From the NCBI RefSeq assembly GCF_009914755.1, contig NC_060935.1: DNA of 64,000 nt; one strand, 5' to 3'. The stretch comes from the human T2T-CHM13v2.0 reference genome, Homo sapiens. Below are positions 1 through 22,789 of the stretch, piece by piece. The notes beneath the pieces were generated by a model. It saw nothing but the letters and a program-made list of their open reading frames with translations, was not told the DNA's origin and made no database searches. A program made the position numbers and the translations under genes. Every line of letters begins with the position of its first letter. Within the stretch, counting starts at the first letter, position 1.

Positions 1-843
1 TTTTGATATAGGTGTTTATTGCTATAAATGTCCCTCTTAGTACATCATTTGCTGTATCCCATAGATTTTGGTCTGTTGTATTTCAATTTTCATTTGTTTT
101 AAGAAATATTTTAATTTTCTACTTCATTTCTTCATTGACCCATTGATCAGTCAGGAGCATGTTGTTTTATTTTCATGTGTTTGTGTAGTTTCCAAGATTC
201 TTCTTATTATTAAATTCTAGTTTTATTCCATTGTTATCAGAAAAGATACTTTATATAATTACTACTTTTTATAACTTCTTTGAACTTGTTTTGAGGCCTA
301 CCATGTGGTCTATTCTGGAGAATGTTTCATGTACTGATGAGAATAATGTGATTCTATTGCAGTTGGGTGAAATATTCTGTAAATGTCAGTTAGGATTTCT
401 TTTTTCTAGTGTGTAGTTTAACTCCAATATTTCTTTGTTGATGTTTTCTGTCTGGATGACCTGTCCCTTACTGAGCGTGGATTGTTGAACGTTCTGCTAT
501 TATTCTATTGCAGTCTGTCTCTTCCTTTAGATGTATTAATGTTTGTCTTATGTATTTGGGTGCTCCAGTGATGGTTGTGTAGATATTTATAATTGTCATA
601 TTCTCTTGCAGAATTGGCTTTTTCATTATATAGCAATCTTTGTCTCTTTTTACAGTCTTTAACTTCTAGTATATTTTATCTGATATAAATGTAGCTATTC
701 CTGCTCTTTTTTTGGTTTATTTCCATAGAATATTTGTTCCCACTCTTCATTTTTAGTCTATGTGTATCTTTATAAGTGAAATGAGTTTCTTCTAAGCAAC
801 ATATAGTTAGATCTTGTTCTTTATCCATTCAGCCACTTTATGC

Positions 844-1104
<261 letters not shown>

Positions 1105-1671
1105 CACTTTATGCCTTTTAATTGGAGAATTGAGTCAATTTAGATTCATTGTTATTACTGATAATTAATAATTTATTACTGCTATTTTGTTGCTTTCTGG
1201 TTGTTTTGTAACTCATATCTTCTTTTCTTTCTTACTGTCTTCATTTGTGGATAAGTATTTTCTCTAGCAGCATGTTTTAATTTGTTAATTTGTTGCTTTT
1301 TATGTTTAGTAAATCTATTATAGGTTTTTGCATTGTAATTGTGATCAGGCTTATTAAAAGCATCTTATTGATATAAAAAGTTATGTTTAAAAGATGACAA
1401 CATATCTTAGATTAAAAAGAATGGAAATATACAAATGTTCGTCTAGGAGAAATGTTCTCTCTCCTTCACATTTGAAAGATAGCTTTGCTAGATGTAGTAT
1501 TATTAGATGAGAGTTTTTTTTTTTCATTTCAGCACTTTAAAAATGTCATTCCACTACCTTCTGACCTGTAAGGTTTCAGTTGAGAAGTCTGTTGTCATAC
1601 AAATTGGATTCCATCATATCTCATTCACTTCTTTTCTCTTGTTACTCTTAGTGTCCCTTTTGTCTTTGATC

Positions 1672-1973
1672 TTTTTTGTTTTGAGACAGTGTCTTGGTCT
1701 GTCATCTAGGCGGAAGTCCAGTGGCATGTTCATAGCTCACTGAAGCCTTGAACTCCTAGGCTAAAGAAGTTAGCCTAGAGATCCTCCTTCCTCAGCCTCC
1801 CAAGTAGCTGTGACTACAGGCATGTGCTTGGCTAATTTTTATTTTTTATTTTTGTACGGATGGGGTCTTGTTATGCTGGCCAGGTTGGTCTTGAACTCCT
1901 GGCCTCAAGTGATCCTCCTATCTTAGCCTCCCAAGTTGCTGGGGTTACAAATATAAGCCACTGTGTTCAGTCC
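1672..1973 (-). mobile_element. AluJ-like element
   Basis: Diverged Alu dimer (CATAGCTCACTG.AGCCTTGAACTCC). TSD TTGTCTTTGA at 1660-1669 and 1974-1983. Confidence 0.85.
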
Positions 1974-2813
1974 TTGTCTTTGACATTTGAGAGTTTTATT
2001 ATTATATGCCTTAGGATACTTTTATTTGGTTGATTCTCTTTGGTGTTCTCTGACTTTCTGGATATTTATCTCTTTTGCAAGTTTTGTAGTCTTTCTAATT
2101 ATTTTTTTGAATAAGTTTCTATTACTTGCTATTGCTCAACTCTTTCTTGTACACAAATAATTCTTAGCATTGGTCTTTCAAGGTGATTTTCTATATCTTA
2201 TAGGCAATCTTTCTTCTTTTTCATTCTTTTTTCTTTTTTATCCTCTGACTATATTTTCATATAGGCTGTCTTTGAGCTCACTGATTCTTTCCTCTGCTAG
2301 ATTCTTTCTTCTGTTGAGAGCCTCTAATGAATGTTTAAGTTCAGCAAATGTATTTATTGGTTCTAAGATTTGTGTTTGATTTTTTAAATTGTTTTAATCT
2401 CTTTGTTAAAATTTTCTAATAAATTTCTGAATTGCTTTTCTGTGTTATCTTGGAAATCACTGAGCTTCCTTAAAACTGGTATTTTGAATTCTTGGTCAGA
2501 TAATTCACATATTGCTATCTCATTAGGGCCAATCACTGTATCTTTGCTTTGTCCACTTGGGAAGGTCAAATTTTATGGTTTCCTGTTTCCTTTTTTTTTG
2601 TGTGTGGATGTACATTTATGTCTGCATTGGAGGATTAGTTATTTATCCAAATCTTCTATGTCAGACTTGTTTTGATTTTTATTGGATATACTTGCTTAGA
2701 GATTCTTTGCAGTTTACCTGTGGACCTTCTTTCTTTTGTTTATTTGGTATTTTCCCCAATAGATCACTACCTCTTTGAGCCCAGGTTTACTTCAGTTCTA
2801 GTAAAAAATCAGA

Positions 2814-2849
2814 GTGTTGCCCATTCCAAATGTGTTGCCCATTCCAAAT
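2814..2849. repeat. 18-bp tandem duplication (GTGTTGCCCATTCCAAAT x2)
   Basis: Two exact adjacent copies. Confidence 0.9.
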
Positions 2850-3228
2850 GGTTGGCTAGGGGTTCTTGCTGAGGGAACATGTCGAGCAAACCACTTACAG
2901 TGTGGTGCCACTGAACAGCCACTCTGATGTGGCGTGTCTTTGGGCAAGTTACAGAGCAGAGTTTCCAAGTCTGGGGATGATAGTTCTGTGTCCACACTTT
3001 GTCTCTGGCTGTCCTCAGGGATATTTCTCCATTTAGGCACTTGTGATGTTTCCTGTAGGTGAGGCGAGGCAGGTATCCCATGAAAAAACCCAAAATGGCT
3101 AGGAAGATGGTTGTCTTCCATGTTCTCACTTTTTCCATGTAGAAACTGTGAGTCAGGGGGAAATTTACCATGTGCTTGTTCCCAGCAGATTGAGGGGAGG
3201 GGTATTGTGAATATGAAAGTTCACCTCT

Positions 3229-3532
<304 letters not shown>

Positions 3533-3631
3533 TTATCTTATGCCTTCTTGGAGTTTTTGTACTTCTCTGTGGCCCTGGGTCCTGTCTGATCCTCACATTT
3601 GAATTCTGGGATATTGGTGATGGTGACAATC

Positions 3632-4470
3632 TTTTTTTTTTTTTAACTTTTATTTTAGGTTCAGGGGTACATGTGCAAGTTTGTTATATAGGTCAACTGC
3701 ATGTCATGGGGGTTTGGTGTACAGATTATTTTATCACTCAGGTAATAAGCATAGTACTCGAAAGGTAGATTTGATCCTCTCCCTCCTCCTACCTTTATCT
3801 CTCAGGTAGGCCCCAGTATCTATTGTCGCCTTCTTTGTGTTCATGTGTTCTCATTGTTTAGCTCCCACTTATAAGTGAGAACATGCGATATTTTGTTTTC
3901 TATTACTATGTTAGTTTGCTCAGAATAATAGCCTTCAGCTCCATCCATGTTGCTGCAAAGAAAATGATCTCATTATTTTTATGGGTGGGTAGTGTTCCAT
4001 GTTAAATATGTACTTTATTTTCTTTATTCAGTTTATCATTGATGGGCATTGAGTTTGATTCTACATCTTTGGTATTGTGAATAGTGCTGGAATAAACATA
4101 TATGTGTTTGTGTCTTTTTGGTAGAATAGTTTATATTCCTTTGGGTATATAACCAATAATAGTATTGCTGGGTTGAATGGTAATTCTATTTTAAGTTTTC
4201 TGAAGAATTGCCACACTGCTTTTTACAATGGCTGAACTAATTTACATTCCCACCAGCAGTGTGTAAGCATTCCTTTTTCTCCACAATCTCACCAGCATCT
4301 GTTATTTTTGACTTTTTAATAGTAGCCATTCTGACTAGTGTGAGATAGTATCTCGTGGTTTTGATTTGCATTTCTCTAATGTTTAGTGATGTTGAGCATT
4401 TTTTTCTTATGCTTTTTGGCCATGTGTATGTCTTCTTTTCAAAAGTGTCTATTAGTGTCCTTTGACCACT
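3632..4470 (-). mobile_element. L1 3' end (L1PA16-like)
   Basis: Poly-T plus TTTTAGGTTCAGGGGTACATGTGC 3' UTR, followed by antisense ORF2 C-terminus. Confidence 0.8.
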
Positions 4471-6433
<1,963 letters not shown>

Positions 6434-9357
6434 AGCTGATGATAATCTTTGCATTACATGTTTGTTTTTAATTTTCTGTGTGTGTGTGTGAGGGGATAGG
6501 GAATGAGGCCAGTACTTCTATGCTGCCATTTTGGAACCAGAAGTCTCATAAATCACTTTTGATTTGTGCATACAATTTAAAAGATAAAAGCATAACAAAT
6601 AGCTGTAATTGTAAAATTATGTTAATGGATACAAAATACATATAACAAACAAAGTATGGGGGAAATAAATGACTAGAGTTTTTGTATCTGATTGAAGTTG
6701 TTACCAGTTCTAAATAGATGATTATAACTATGAAATGTTTTATGTAATCTCCATGGTGACCACAAAATAAATACCTATAGAAGATATACACAGAAAACGA
6801 GAAAGAAATCAAGCATGTCACTACAAAAAATCAACAAAACACAAAGAAAGGCAGTAAGAGAGTAAAGAATGACAAAATAACAAGTTATACAAAAAACAGT
6901 TTAAAATGGCAGTTTTAAATCTTTCCCTATCAGTAATTACTTTAAATGTAAATAAATTAAATGCCCCAGGCTGAATGGATAAAAACAAAAACAAAATCCG
7001 ACTATAAGCTGTCTACAAGAGATTCACTATAAACATCAGCAAAAGGATGAAAAATGATATTCCATGACAATGGTAATTAAAAGAGAACAGGGTTGATCAT
7101 ACTTACATCAGAAAAAAAATAGACTTTAAGTTAAAAATTGTTGCATGAGACAAAGAAAAACATTATATAATGATATAAAAATCAATTCACCAAGAAGATA
7201 TAACAATAATACAAACATGTCTGTCATTGGAGCACCCAAATATATGAGCAAATATTGACAGAATTGAAAGGAGAAATAAATGATAACACGTTAATATTAG
7301 GATACTCTACTTTCAGTAGTAGATAGAACAACCAGATGCTTAATAAGGAAATAGAGGATGTGGACAACATTATAGACCAATTGCACCTAACAGACACATA
7401 TATAACACTGTACCCAATAGCAACACATTGTACATTCTTTAATACACACAGAACATTCTCCAAAATAGATTCCGTGTTAGATCACAAGATCAGTCTTAAC
7501 AAATTTAACAAGATTGAACTCATGCCAAATATCTTTTCCAACTATAATGAAATAACACTAAAAATTAATAGCAGAAGAAAACCATGAAATTTACAAGTAT
7601 GTGAAAATTAAGAACACTATTGAAGAATCATTGGGTCAAAGAACATATAACAAGGGAATTCAAAAATATCTTGAGAAAAATGAAAATTAAAACATAGCAT
7701 ACTAAAACTTATAGGATCCAGCAAATGCAGTACTAAGGGCTCTGGAAGGCTATAGTCATAAACACTTACGTTAAAAGGAGAAGGATCTTAAATCAACAAC
7801 TTAATTTTATGCCTCAGAGAAATAGAAAAAGAACAAAATAAACCCAAAGTTAGCAGAAGAAATGAGCTAATAAATATTAGAGTAGAAATAAATAAAATAG
7901 ACAATATAAAAACAAGAGATAAAAATCAATGAAACTGAGTGCTGTTTTGTTGAAAAGAGCAACAAAATTGACAAACTCTTAGCTAGACAAAAGATGATCA
8001 AATAACAAACACCAGAAATGAAAAAGGAGATATTACAACTAATGCCACAGAAATTAAAATAAAAGATCATGATATAATAGTATGAATAATTGTACATTAA
8101 AAACTGGATAACCTAGAAGAAATGGATATATTTACAGAACCATGCAAACTACCAAAACCGAATTATAAAAAAATAAAAAGCCTGAACAGACCTATAACTA
8201 GTAGGGAGATTAAATCGGTAATTAAAAACCTCCCAGCAAAGAAAAGCCCAGGACAAGATGGCTTTACTGGAGACTTCTGGAAAACATTTAAAGAAAAATT
8301 AACACCAGTGTTTCTGAAACTCTTTCAAAAAACTGAAGAGGAAGGAATGCTTTCAAACTCATTTTTTTGATGCCAGCATTACTCTGATACCAGAATCAGA
8401 CAAAGATGCTGTAAGAAAAGAAAACTACATACCAATAACCATGAGGAATATTGGGACAAATTTCCTTAACAAAATACTAGCAAATACTTTAAAAGGATTT
8501 AGTCCTGCAATGCAAATATCCCATAACCAAGTGGGATTGAGTCCTGCAATGCAAATATGGTTCAGCAAATGAAAGTCAATTCAGTGTAACATACTGCATT
8601 AACAGAATGAAGGACAAAATTTACATGATCATCTCAATTAATGCAGAAAAAGTATTTGAGAAAACTCAACACACTTTTGTGATAAAAATACTAAACAAAC
8701 TAGAAATAGGAATAAATTACCTCAACATAATAAATGCCATATATAAACAACTCATAACTAACATAATAGTGGTGAAAAACTAACATCTTTTCCTCTAGTG
8801 ATCTTTTTCTCTAAGATCAGGTATAAGGCAAAGATTCTCACTCTCACTGCTTCTATTCAATATAGTGCTGGAAGTCTTAGCCAGAGCAGTTAACCAAGAA
8901 AAAGAAATAAAACTTATACAAGTAGAAAAAACAAGTGAAATTATCACTATTTACAAATGATATAATCTTATATGTAGAAAACAATAAAGATTCCACACAA
9001 GAAAATCCTGTTAGAACTAATCAATGGATTCAAGAAAGTTGCATGATATAGAATCAACACAAAAAAATCAATTGCATTTCTATACACAGAACAAGGCAAA
9101 AAGGAAATTAAGAAAATAATCCTATTTATAATACCAACAAAAGAATAAAACAGTTAGGAATAAATTTAACCAAGGAAGAAAAATACTTTACACTGAAAAC
9201 TACAAAACGTTGCTGAAAGCAATACTAAAAGAAACAAATAAATGTAAAGACATTCTGTGTTCATGGATTACAAGACAATATTGTTAAAATGTCCATACAT
9301 ACTTAAGTATTCTACAGACTCAATGCAATCTCCATCAAAATCACAATGACACTTTTC

Positions 9358-9907
9358 TTTTTTTTTATTATACTTTAACTTTTAGGGGACATATGCACAA
9401 CGTGCAGGTTTGTTACATATGTATACATATGCCATGTTGGTGTGCTGCACCCATTAACTCGTCGTTTAACATTAGGTATATCTCCTAATGCTATCCCTCC
9501 CCCCTACACCCACCCCACAACAGGCCCCGGTGTGTGATGTTCCCCTTCCTGTGTCCATGTGTTCTCATTGTTCAATTCCCACCTATGAGTGAGAACATGC
9601 AGTGTTCGGTTTTTTGTCCTTGTGATAGTTTGCTGAGAATGATGGTTTCCAGCTTCATCCATGTCCCTACAAAGGACATGAACTCATCCTTTTTTATGGC
9701 TACATAGTATTCCATGGGGTATACGTGCCACATTTTCTTAATCCAGTCTATCGTTGTAGGATATGTGGGTTGGTTCCAAGTCTTTGCTATTGTGAATAGT
9801 GCCTCAATAAACATACGTGTGCATGTGTCTTTATAGCAGCATGATTTATAATCCTTTGGGTATATACCCAATAATGGGATGGCTGGGTGAAATAGTATTT
9901 CTAGTTC
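9358..9907 (-). mobile_element. L1PA3/4-like 3' end (outer element A)
   Basis: Poly-T and 3' UTR, with the ORF2 C-terminus ...MFSLIGGN (9572-9871). Left TSD ACAATGACACTTTTC at 9343-9357. Confidence 0.9.
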
Positions 9908-12885
<2,978 letters not shown>

Positions 12886-14033
12886 ACAATGACACTTTTC
12901 AAAGAAATAAAAAATTATAAAATTCATATGGAATCAGAATTACCCTGAAAAGCCAAAGCAATTATGAGAAAGAAAAAGCTGGATGCCTCAAACTCCTGAT
13001 TTCAAAACAAGTTATAAGGCTAAAGTAATTAAAACAGTGTAGAATTGGTATAAGGACAGACATATAGACTCATGGAACAGAATAGAAAGCCCAGAAATAG
13101 ACCCTTTGGTATATGGTCAAATGATCTTAAACAAGGGTGGCAAGGTTATATAATGTGGAAAAGATAGTCTCTTCAACAAATGATATAGGAAACAGATTAA
13201 TGATTTGACGTAAGATGTGAAACTATGCCAGAAGAAAATATAGGGGAAAGCTTCATGATATTGGATTTTGCAGTGATTTATTGGATATAATAACAAAAGT
13301 AAAAGCAAAAAAAGCAAAAGCAGACAAATGGTACTATATCAAACTTAAAAAGTTTTGCACATCACAGGAAACAACAGAGTGAAAAGGCAAACTATGTAAT
13401 GGAAGAAAATATTTGCAAACCACATTGTTTGAAAAGGGGTCAATATCCAGAATATATAAAGATCTACAACTGAACAAAAACAAAAAAACAAATAACCAAT
13501 TAAAAACTGGGGAAAGTCCTTGAATAGACATTTCTCCAAAGAAGATATACAAATGGCTAACAGGCTTATGAAAAGATGTTGAACATCACTGATCATTAGG
13601 GTGATACAAATCAAAATAATGATAAGATATCACCTCACAATCATTAGAATGACAACGGGGAAAAAAAAGAAAAAAAAGCAAAACAGAACATAACCAGTGC
13701 TATTGGCAAGGATGTGGAGAAATTGGAATGCCTGTGCACTTTTTGTGGGAATGTAAAATGGTGCAGCCATTATGGAAAACAGCCTGGAAGTTTCTCAAAA
13801 AAATTAAAAATAAAATTGCCATATGATCCTTCAATCTTACTTTTGAATATACATTTAAGGGAATTGAAAACAGTATTTTAAAGAGGTATTTACACACTCT
13901 TGCTCATTGCAGCATTATTCAAAAAAGTTTCAAGAGGTGGAAGTAGCGTAAATGTCCATTTATAAATGAATGGATAAAGAAAATGTGGTATATACATACA
14001 ATGAAATATTTAGTCTTTAAAAATGGAAATCCT

Positions 14034-14533
14034 GAATAACAAATTACCCCAAATTTAGTGGTTTAAAGAAATGATAATCATTTATTATTGTTCACGGTGT
14101 CTATGGGTCAGGAATTTTGAAGTGGCTTAGTTAGGCATTTCTGGCTTGGTGTTGATGTTAGATGCCAGCTGGAGCTATTTGAAGACAGCTGGCTGGACGA
14201 TCTAGCTTCAAAATGATAAAATGACCCGTGGCTGGCAAACGGGGGCTGGCTGTTGGCAGACAGCCTCTCTACCTGGGCCTACACACAGGGTTACTCGAGA
14301 GTTTTCATAGCATGGAGACTGCCTTCTCTCAGAACAAGTGATATCAGAGACCAAGGCAGAAGCCATAATGCCTTTTATGATCTACCCTTGGAAATTACAC
14401 ACCATTACTTCTTCAGTACTCTTTTGGTCACTTAGGTATGCCCTGGTTCACTGTAGGAAGAGACTATATACGGATGTGAACACCAGAAGATGAAGACCAT
14501 TGGAAGTCATCTTGAAGGTTGGCTACAACCACA
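14034..14533 (-). mobile_element. MLT1 (MaLR) solo LTR, MLT1F/G-like
   Basis: Contains AAATTACCCCAAATTTAGTGG...GGGTCAGGAATTT and ends ...CAACCACA. Confidence 0.7.
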
Positions 14534-16121
14534 TTATTCTTTAGAACTTAGGTGTTATGCCTCTAGGAAGCCTTCCTTTAAATTATCTCCCAAATTGAGC
14601 AACTGCTTCTCCTCCATCCATACTCCTGATTTTTAAAAAATATGTATGTGTGTGTTTGTGTATGTGTAGTTTTAAATGTATACAGTCTGCTATAATTACC
14701 TTTTTATGTGTCTGACTTTTCCATTAGGCTGAGCACCTTGTAAGTAGGGTTGGTGCCTTATTATTTTTGTGCGTCATGTTTTGTCCAAAGATTAATGAAA
14801 GAAGTGGCAGAGCAGAGAGAGAGGGGAGAAGAGAAGGCAGTAAGGGAAGGAAGGAACAATCTTGAGCAATTATATTTCATTATCACAGGCTCTATGACAT
14901 ATAAGAGTTCCATTTCTGTTAATTAACAGATGGTTAACAAAGAAAAATATCTCCATAAGGGAAGTTAAGAAGGAGCAGGAAGAGTTAGAAAAGCTTTCAT
15001 TCACAACACAAATGCTGAGGGATGTGAGTGAACTTTGGCATCATTCAATTTGCACAGCTCTAATGGTCATATTCAGTCATATTTGGGCCTAATTTTCTTT
15101 TCTGCCCTCTTTTTGTTATTTCACTCACACACTCTGGCTCACAAGGAGGGGGGTGGAAGTTATAAAAAGGAGTGTGGTCTTGGAGGTGGCAGAGAATGAA
15201 AGTTCTCAATACTAAAAAATTCTTAAAATGTTTCACGGACATTTTCAGTTCAAATCTTCCTCTGCTGGGAGGTCCACATGCACTGAAGATATTAGATTTA
15301 TCTTATGACAAGATTCTCCACTGAAAAAGAGTTGTACACATAAAGATACTAATGATTCTTCATCTTTTTAAAGACATTATTGCTGCTGTCTACTGGAAGT
15401 GGCTTCTATGACTTTTCCAACAAAATCCTTACCTTTGCTATAATTCCTTTTCTGTAATTGTTAGTTTGTGCTGATCTCTCTCCTGGACTATGAAACAGTC
15501 ATGTGTTACTTACCTTTATTTATACACCATGATGTCTGATACATAATAGATACTTATTAAGTATAAGCATAATGAATCAAACCATTCATTCAAAACAATC
15601 ATATTTAAGATGCCACAATGGCTGATTTCTCCCTACTATACACAACCGTTTTTGAAATCTGCAGTAATGATGAGCTGATCGTAAGTAATCAGCCATAATT
15701 ACAATAAAAATTAATGAAATCAATTTTTGGAGAGTTTCTTCCACAAGCTTATTGTATTTGAAAAATTCTCTGCCCTCACTTGACAATTATCGTTTGCCCA
15801 CAATTCCCTTTTGCTTCAGAAGGGACATGATTCTGCTTTCAGAATTTGGGGACTCAGGATTTTTTGTCTTTTGTGTTTAGTGTTAGGTGCAGCATAAGAG
15901 ACTAGATTCTGATATTCAGAGGTGTGCCAGTCAGCAAAATTTTCTTGAGCACCTCCTTGGAGTCAGGCACTGTGTTAAGGAATAGGGATGGCAAGATAAT
16001 TAATACTGTGTCTACTTTCTGAGGGATGGTAAATGAGTTCCTGTATAATCCTTGGAGACTGAACAGAGATTATTTTGGTGGACATTGTAGGGCATTGCCC
16101 AGGTTCCTCACCCCACCTATT

Positions 16122-18895
<2,774 letters not shown>

Positions 18896-18960
18896 TCAAA
18901 AAAGGATAAATGAAACAAAAATTTGGTTTTTAAAATAATAAACAAAAATTGATAAACCAT

Positions 18961-20011
18961 AAAAAGTTCCTATTTCTCCACATCCTCTTCAGCATCTGTT
19001 GTTTCCTGACTTTTTTAATGATCACCATTCTAGCTGGCATGAGATGATATCTCACTGTGGTTTTGATTTACATTTCTCTAATGACCAGTGATGATGAGCT
19101 TTTTTTCATATGTATGCTGGCCGCATAGATGTCTTCTTTTGAGAAGTGTCTGTTCATATCCTTTGCCCACTTTTTGATGGGGTTGTTTTTTCTTGAAAAT
19201 TTGTTTAAGTTCTTTGTAGATTCTGGATATTAGCCCCTTGTCAGATGGATAGATTGCAAAAATTTTCTCACATTCTGTAGGTTGCCTATTCACTCTGATG
19301 ATAGTTTCTTTTGCTGTCAGAAGCTGTTTAGTTTAATTAGCTCCCATTGTCACTTTTGGCTTTTGTTGCCATTGCTTTTGGTGTTTTAGTCATGAAGTCT
19401 TTGCCCATGCCTGTGTCCTGAATGGTACTGCCTCTGTTTTCTTCTAGGGTTTTTATGGAGGACACAAACAAATGGAAAAACATTCCATGCTCATGTATAG
19501 AAAGAATCAATATTGTGAAAATGGACATACTGCCCAAGTAATTTATAGATTCAGTGCTATTCCCCTCAAGCTACCATTGACTTTCTTCACAGAATTAGAA
19601 AAAGCTACTTTAAATTTCATATGGAACCAAAAAAGGACCCATATAGCCAAGACCATACTAAGCAAAAAGAACAAAGCTGAAGGCATCACACTACCTGACT
19701 TCAAACTATCCTACAAGGCTACAGTAACCAAAACAGCATAATACTGGTACCAAAACAGAGATATAGACCAATGAAACAGAACAGAGGCCTCAGAAATAAC
19801 GTAGCACATCTACAACCATCTGATCTTTGACAAACCTGACAAAAACAAGCAATGGGTAAGTGATTCCCTATTTAATAAATGGTGTTGGGAAAACTGGCCA
19901 GCCATTTGCAGAAAACTGAAACTGGACCCCTTCCTTACACCTTACACAAAAATTAACTCAAGATGGATTAAAGGCTTAAATGTAAGACCTAAAACCATAA
20001 AAGCCCTAGAA
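18961..20011 (-). mobile_element. Twin-primed L1PA fragment lacking its 3' end (antisense 18961-19457, inverted sense piece 19457-20011)
   Basis: Both arms end in the CATAAAA(A/G)CCCTAGAA region, a duplicated inversion breakpoint. ORF2 frames at 19078-19293 (-) and 19472-19741 (+). Confidence 0.8.
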
Positions 20012-22789
20012 TTATTTTTCATGCATCAAGACTAAGGGAATTTCATTCTCTTTTACCTGCGGCTACTATTAGGGAAAATGAAACTCTCCTTTCATCCTTT
20101 GCAGAAAACTTCTATATAAGACACACTCATATTTGCATAAGGTGTGATCATAAAGCAATGTGTCTAATTTTCAAGAGAATTTTTAAACAATCATTTATCT
20201 TCATAGCACATATATTAGAATATTAGCTAATTTTTATAACCTCTAATTCTACAGTATAGTAGTGACATATACACACCTTATGCACACATAAGTGGTTGAT
20301 ACACATTCATTCGTTACATGCCTTTCTCCCTTAATATACAATTCCACATATTAAGATATAAAATCTTTCTAATCTACTATCAAAATGCATTTCCTTATTG
20401 ATAATGAAATGCCAAAAATAAAATTTTAAAAAATCTTTATGTATAATTTGCACAAATATTGGGATGTATAAATTCAGGTTAGGTATTTAGTCATTCCCAA
20501 AGTCCTTTTCTAAACTTTTCTTGGGTTAACATAATCAGGGAGAATGACAGATTGTCATGCTTCTCAAAGTATTTAGCAAGGGAGTACCTGAAGCCATAAA
20601 TAAATGTTTATATACCACAACGTAGCATGTAATATTTGTATGAACTTTTAAGATAATAAGACTTTAAAGAAATTCTTGCAATTAGCTGGATTTGCCTCAT
20701 CTTAGATCACCCTTTTCTTCTCCCCGTCCTCACATTCTTCCACCGTACTTAAGCAGTAAAGAAAGAGAAATCTTGCCATACAGATTTGATTTGGGATCAT
20801 AGATTTGGCCTTTTGTTTAAATGGTTACAATTTATTCAGCCATCATTTATTGATCATCTACTATGTGTAGCATTTTATAAAGCAAATTTTCTCTTTTTTT
20901 TTTCACTGTGGCAGTCATATACCATACAAAGCAGCTTCATTTGACTTCAGTGATGCAAGCTTCGCTTTAAGCTTACACATTTGTTAAGCCTTTAAGAAAG
21001 CATGACTGCACTCAAAGTTATTAACATGGAGGGGAGATATGACACCTTGGACTGACCTCCCACTCAGATGTGAACCATAGGGATTGCTGAGTCCAGCACC
21101 TCAGATAAACATCAAGCTGGCTTCCCCTAATTAGTCACTCTTCCAGCTGCTTTCTGAGCAAACAAAGGAGATCTGATGTGGATAAATTGAGAAACAGTTT
21201 AAAACCAACTTGAATTTGTCAGTGGAGTCTGAGTTCCCCCCATCCCTCACCCCTCTTGAGGTCCAAAGGTTACATATTTTCCTGACATTTCTGCATTCAG
21301 CTTTCTTGCTCAGTGGTCTATACAGAACCTGAGGGGTTTACATTACCCACATGAGTGTGGATAAAATCAAAGTTTCATCCACTACTGTGGGTGGGCTTGG
21401 TCAAGGGATTGAAAATGTTTGCTAAATTTAGATGGGTCTCATAATGCTTCCTAACCACAACAATGTGTTTTCATAACATCGAAATTGGAAAAACAAGCAA
21501 TTTCTCCTAACCAGCCTCAATCACCATTGAATTGAACAGAATTGAAAACACTGAAGAGCAGTGACTTATTTATCTTGTTAATCACAAGATTTCCATTGGA
21601 CAAAGAACGTTAAGTCTATGTGGTGTACAAAAATTCGTGCGTGTGAACAGCTGTCAAGAAGAAGTCATTACCAATCTCTGTTTTAAAAATAGCCAGCAAG
21701 TTTTCATTAGAGCAAAAGATAGAGTTGTATTTGGCGTAATTCTTCCTAAAGTAAATGACATGCCAGTGGCAAATGTTGTCATTTTAATTTTGTCAAAAAT
21801 CTACTGATTTCAGTGGATGTGAGAGTGCCATGTTTGTGGTTTCAATTTAATAAAATGCCTAAGTTAGGGAATTGATTATCTTCACTACAATCATTATGAC
21901 TTGCCTGGAGGAAGAATCAGCTGCCTATGGCTACTGTCCACAAATACCTGCCTGGGATAATCATTTGGAGGGGACTTTACCCATAGACTTCCATTAAGAA
22001 GTAATCTCTTAATCTGTTTTTTAGTAATTATTACTCAGAATTTGTTTCATCATTTTAATTTTTTCAAATTTAGAGAACTTTCTGGTCTTCTCTCATATGT
22101 GTGTGATTTATGTTTTTCTCCTTTTATTGACCATACTCTTTTTATCTCTGTGCTTTTAGTGAGTAATTGTTTTAATAATTTCTGTCTCATGTATTTAACT
22201 TTTTTAATCCTTCTTCTTTTCGATGAGGATTGTAAGCAGCAATACCAGCGAAGCCCATACTAGCCCACACACAAGGATAAATAACTGAATGCCTTCAGAG
22301 TGCACAGCAGACCTGCATTTGGCTCTTGCTGAACTCCAGAGGGAAGCACTTATTTGGCTTTGATGAAGATCTCAATCCTCATTTGGCTAGTTAAGAGTGA
22401 CTAAAAAAAAACCACTACTCCTTTGTAATTCATAAGTTCTTGAGGCCAAATTACTTCGATAGCAAGATACTTCAAAGATAGCTCAGAGAAGTCACTCCTG
22501 CAACAACTTTATTTTACTTTCATTGTAATTCAAGGTCCCTATGAAAAATATTATAATGTTAAGCTACAAAAGTGTACCTTAATAAATGTACTTAGTGACT
22601 TATTTTTTTCCTTGTCAGTGAATGTAAAATTAACATAAAAACTCTCACCTAAAGCAAGCATTCAGTTCATGTGCATGAAGCCTTCTAAAACCTATCCAAG
22701 AGTGTTTTGGTAGTTTCTAGAACCTTTATGAAATATTCTAGATAGGTCAAAAACGTTGTGAACAGAGTTGTTTCTATTACTTAGGTCTC

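Noticed and set aside
15470-15630. Possible tail-to-tail L2 remnants resembling L2-derived miRNA hairpins
   Set aside because: Too degenerate; I could not build a convincing stem.
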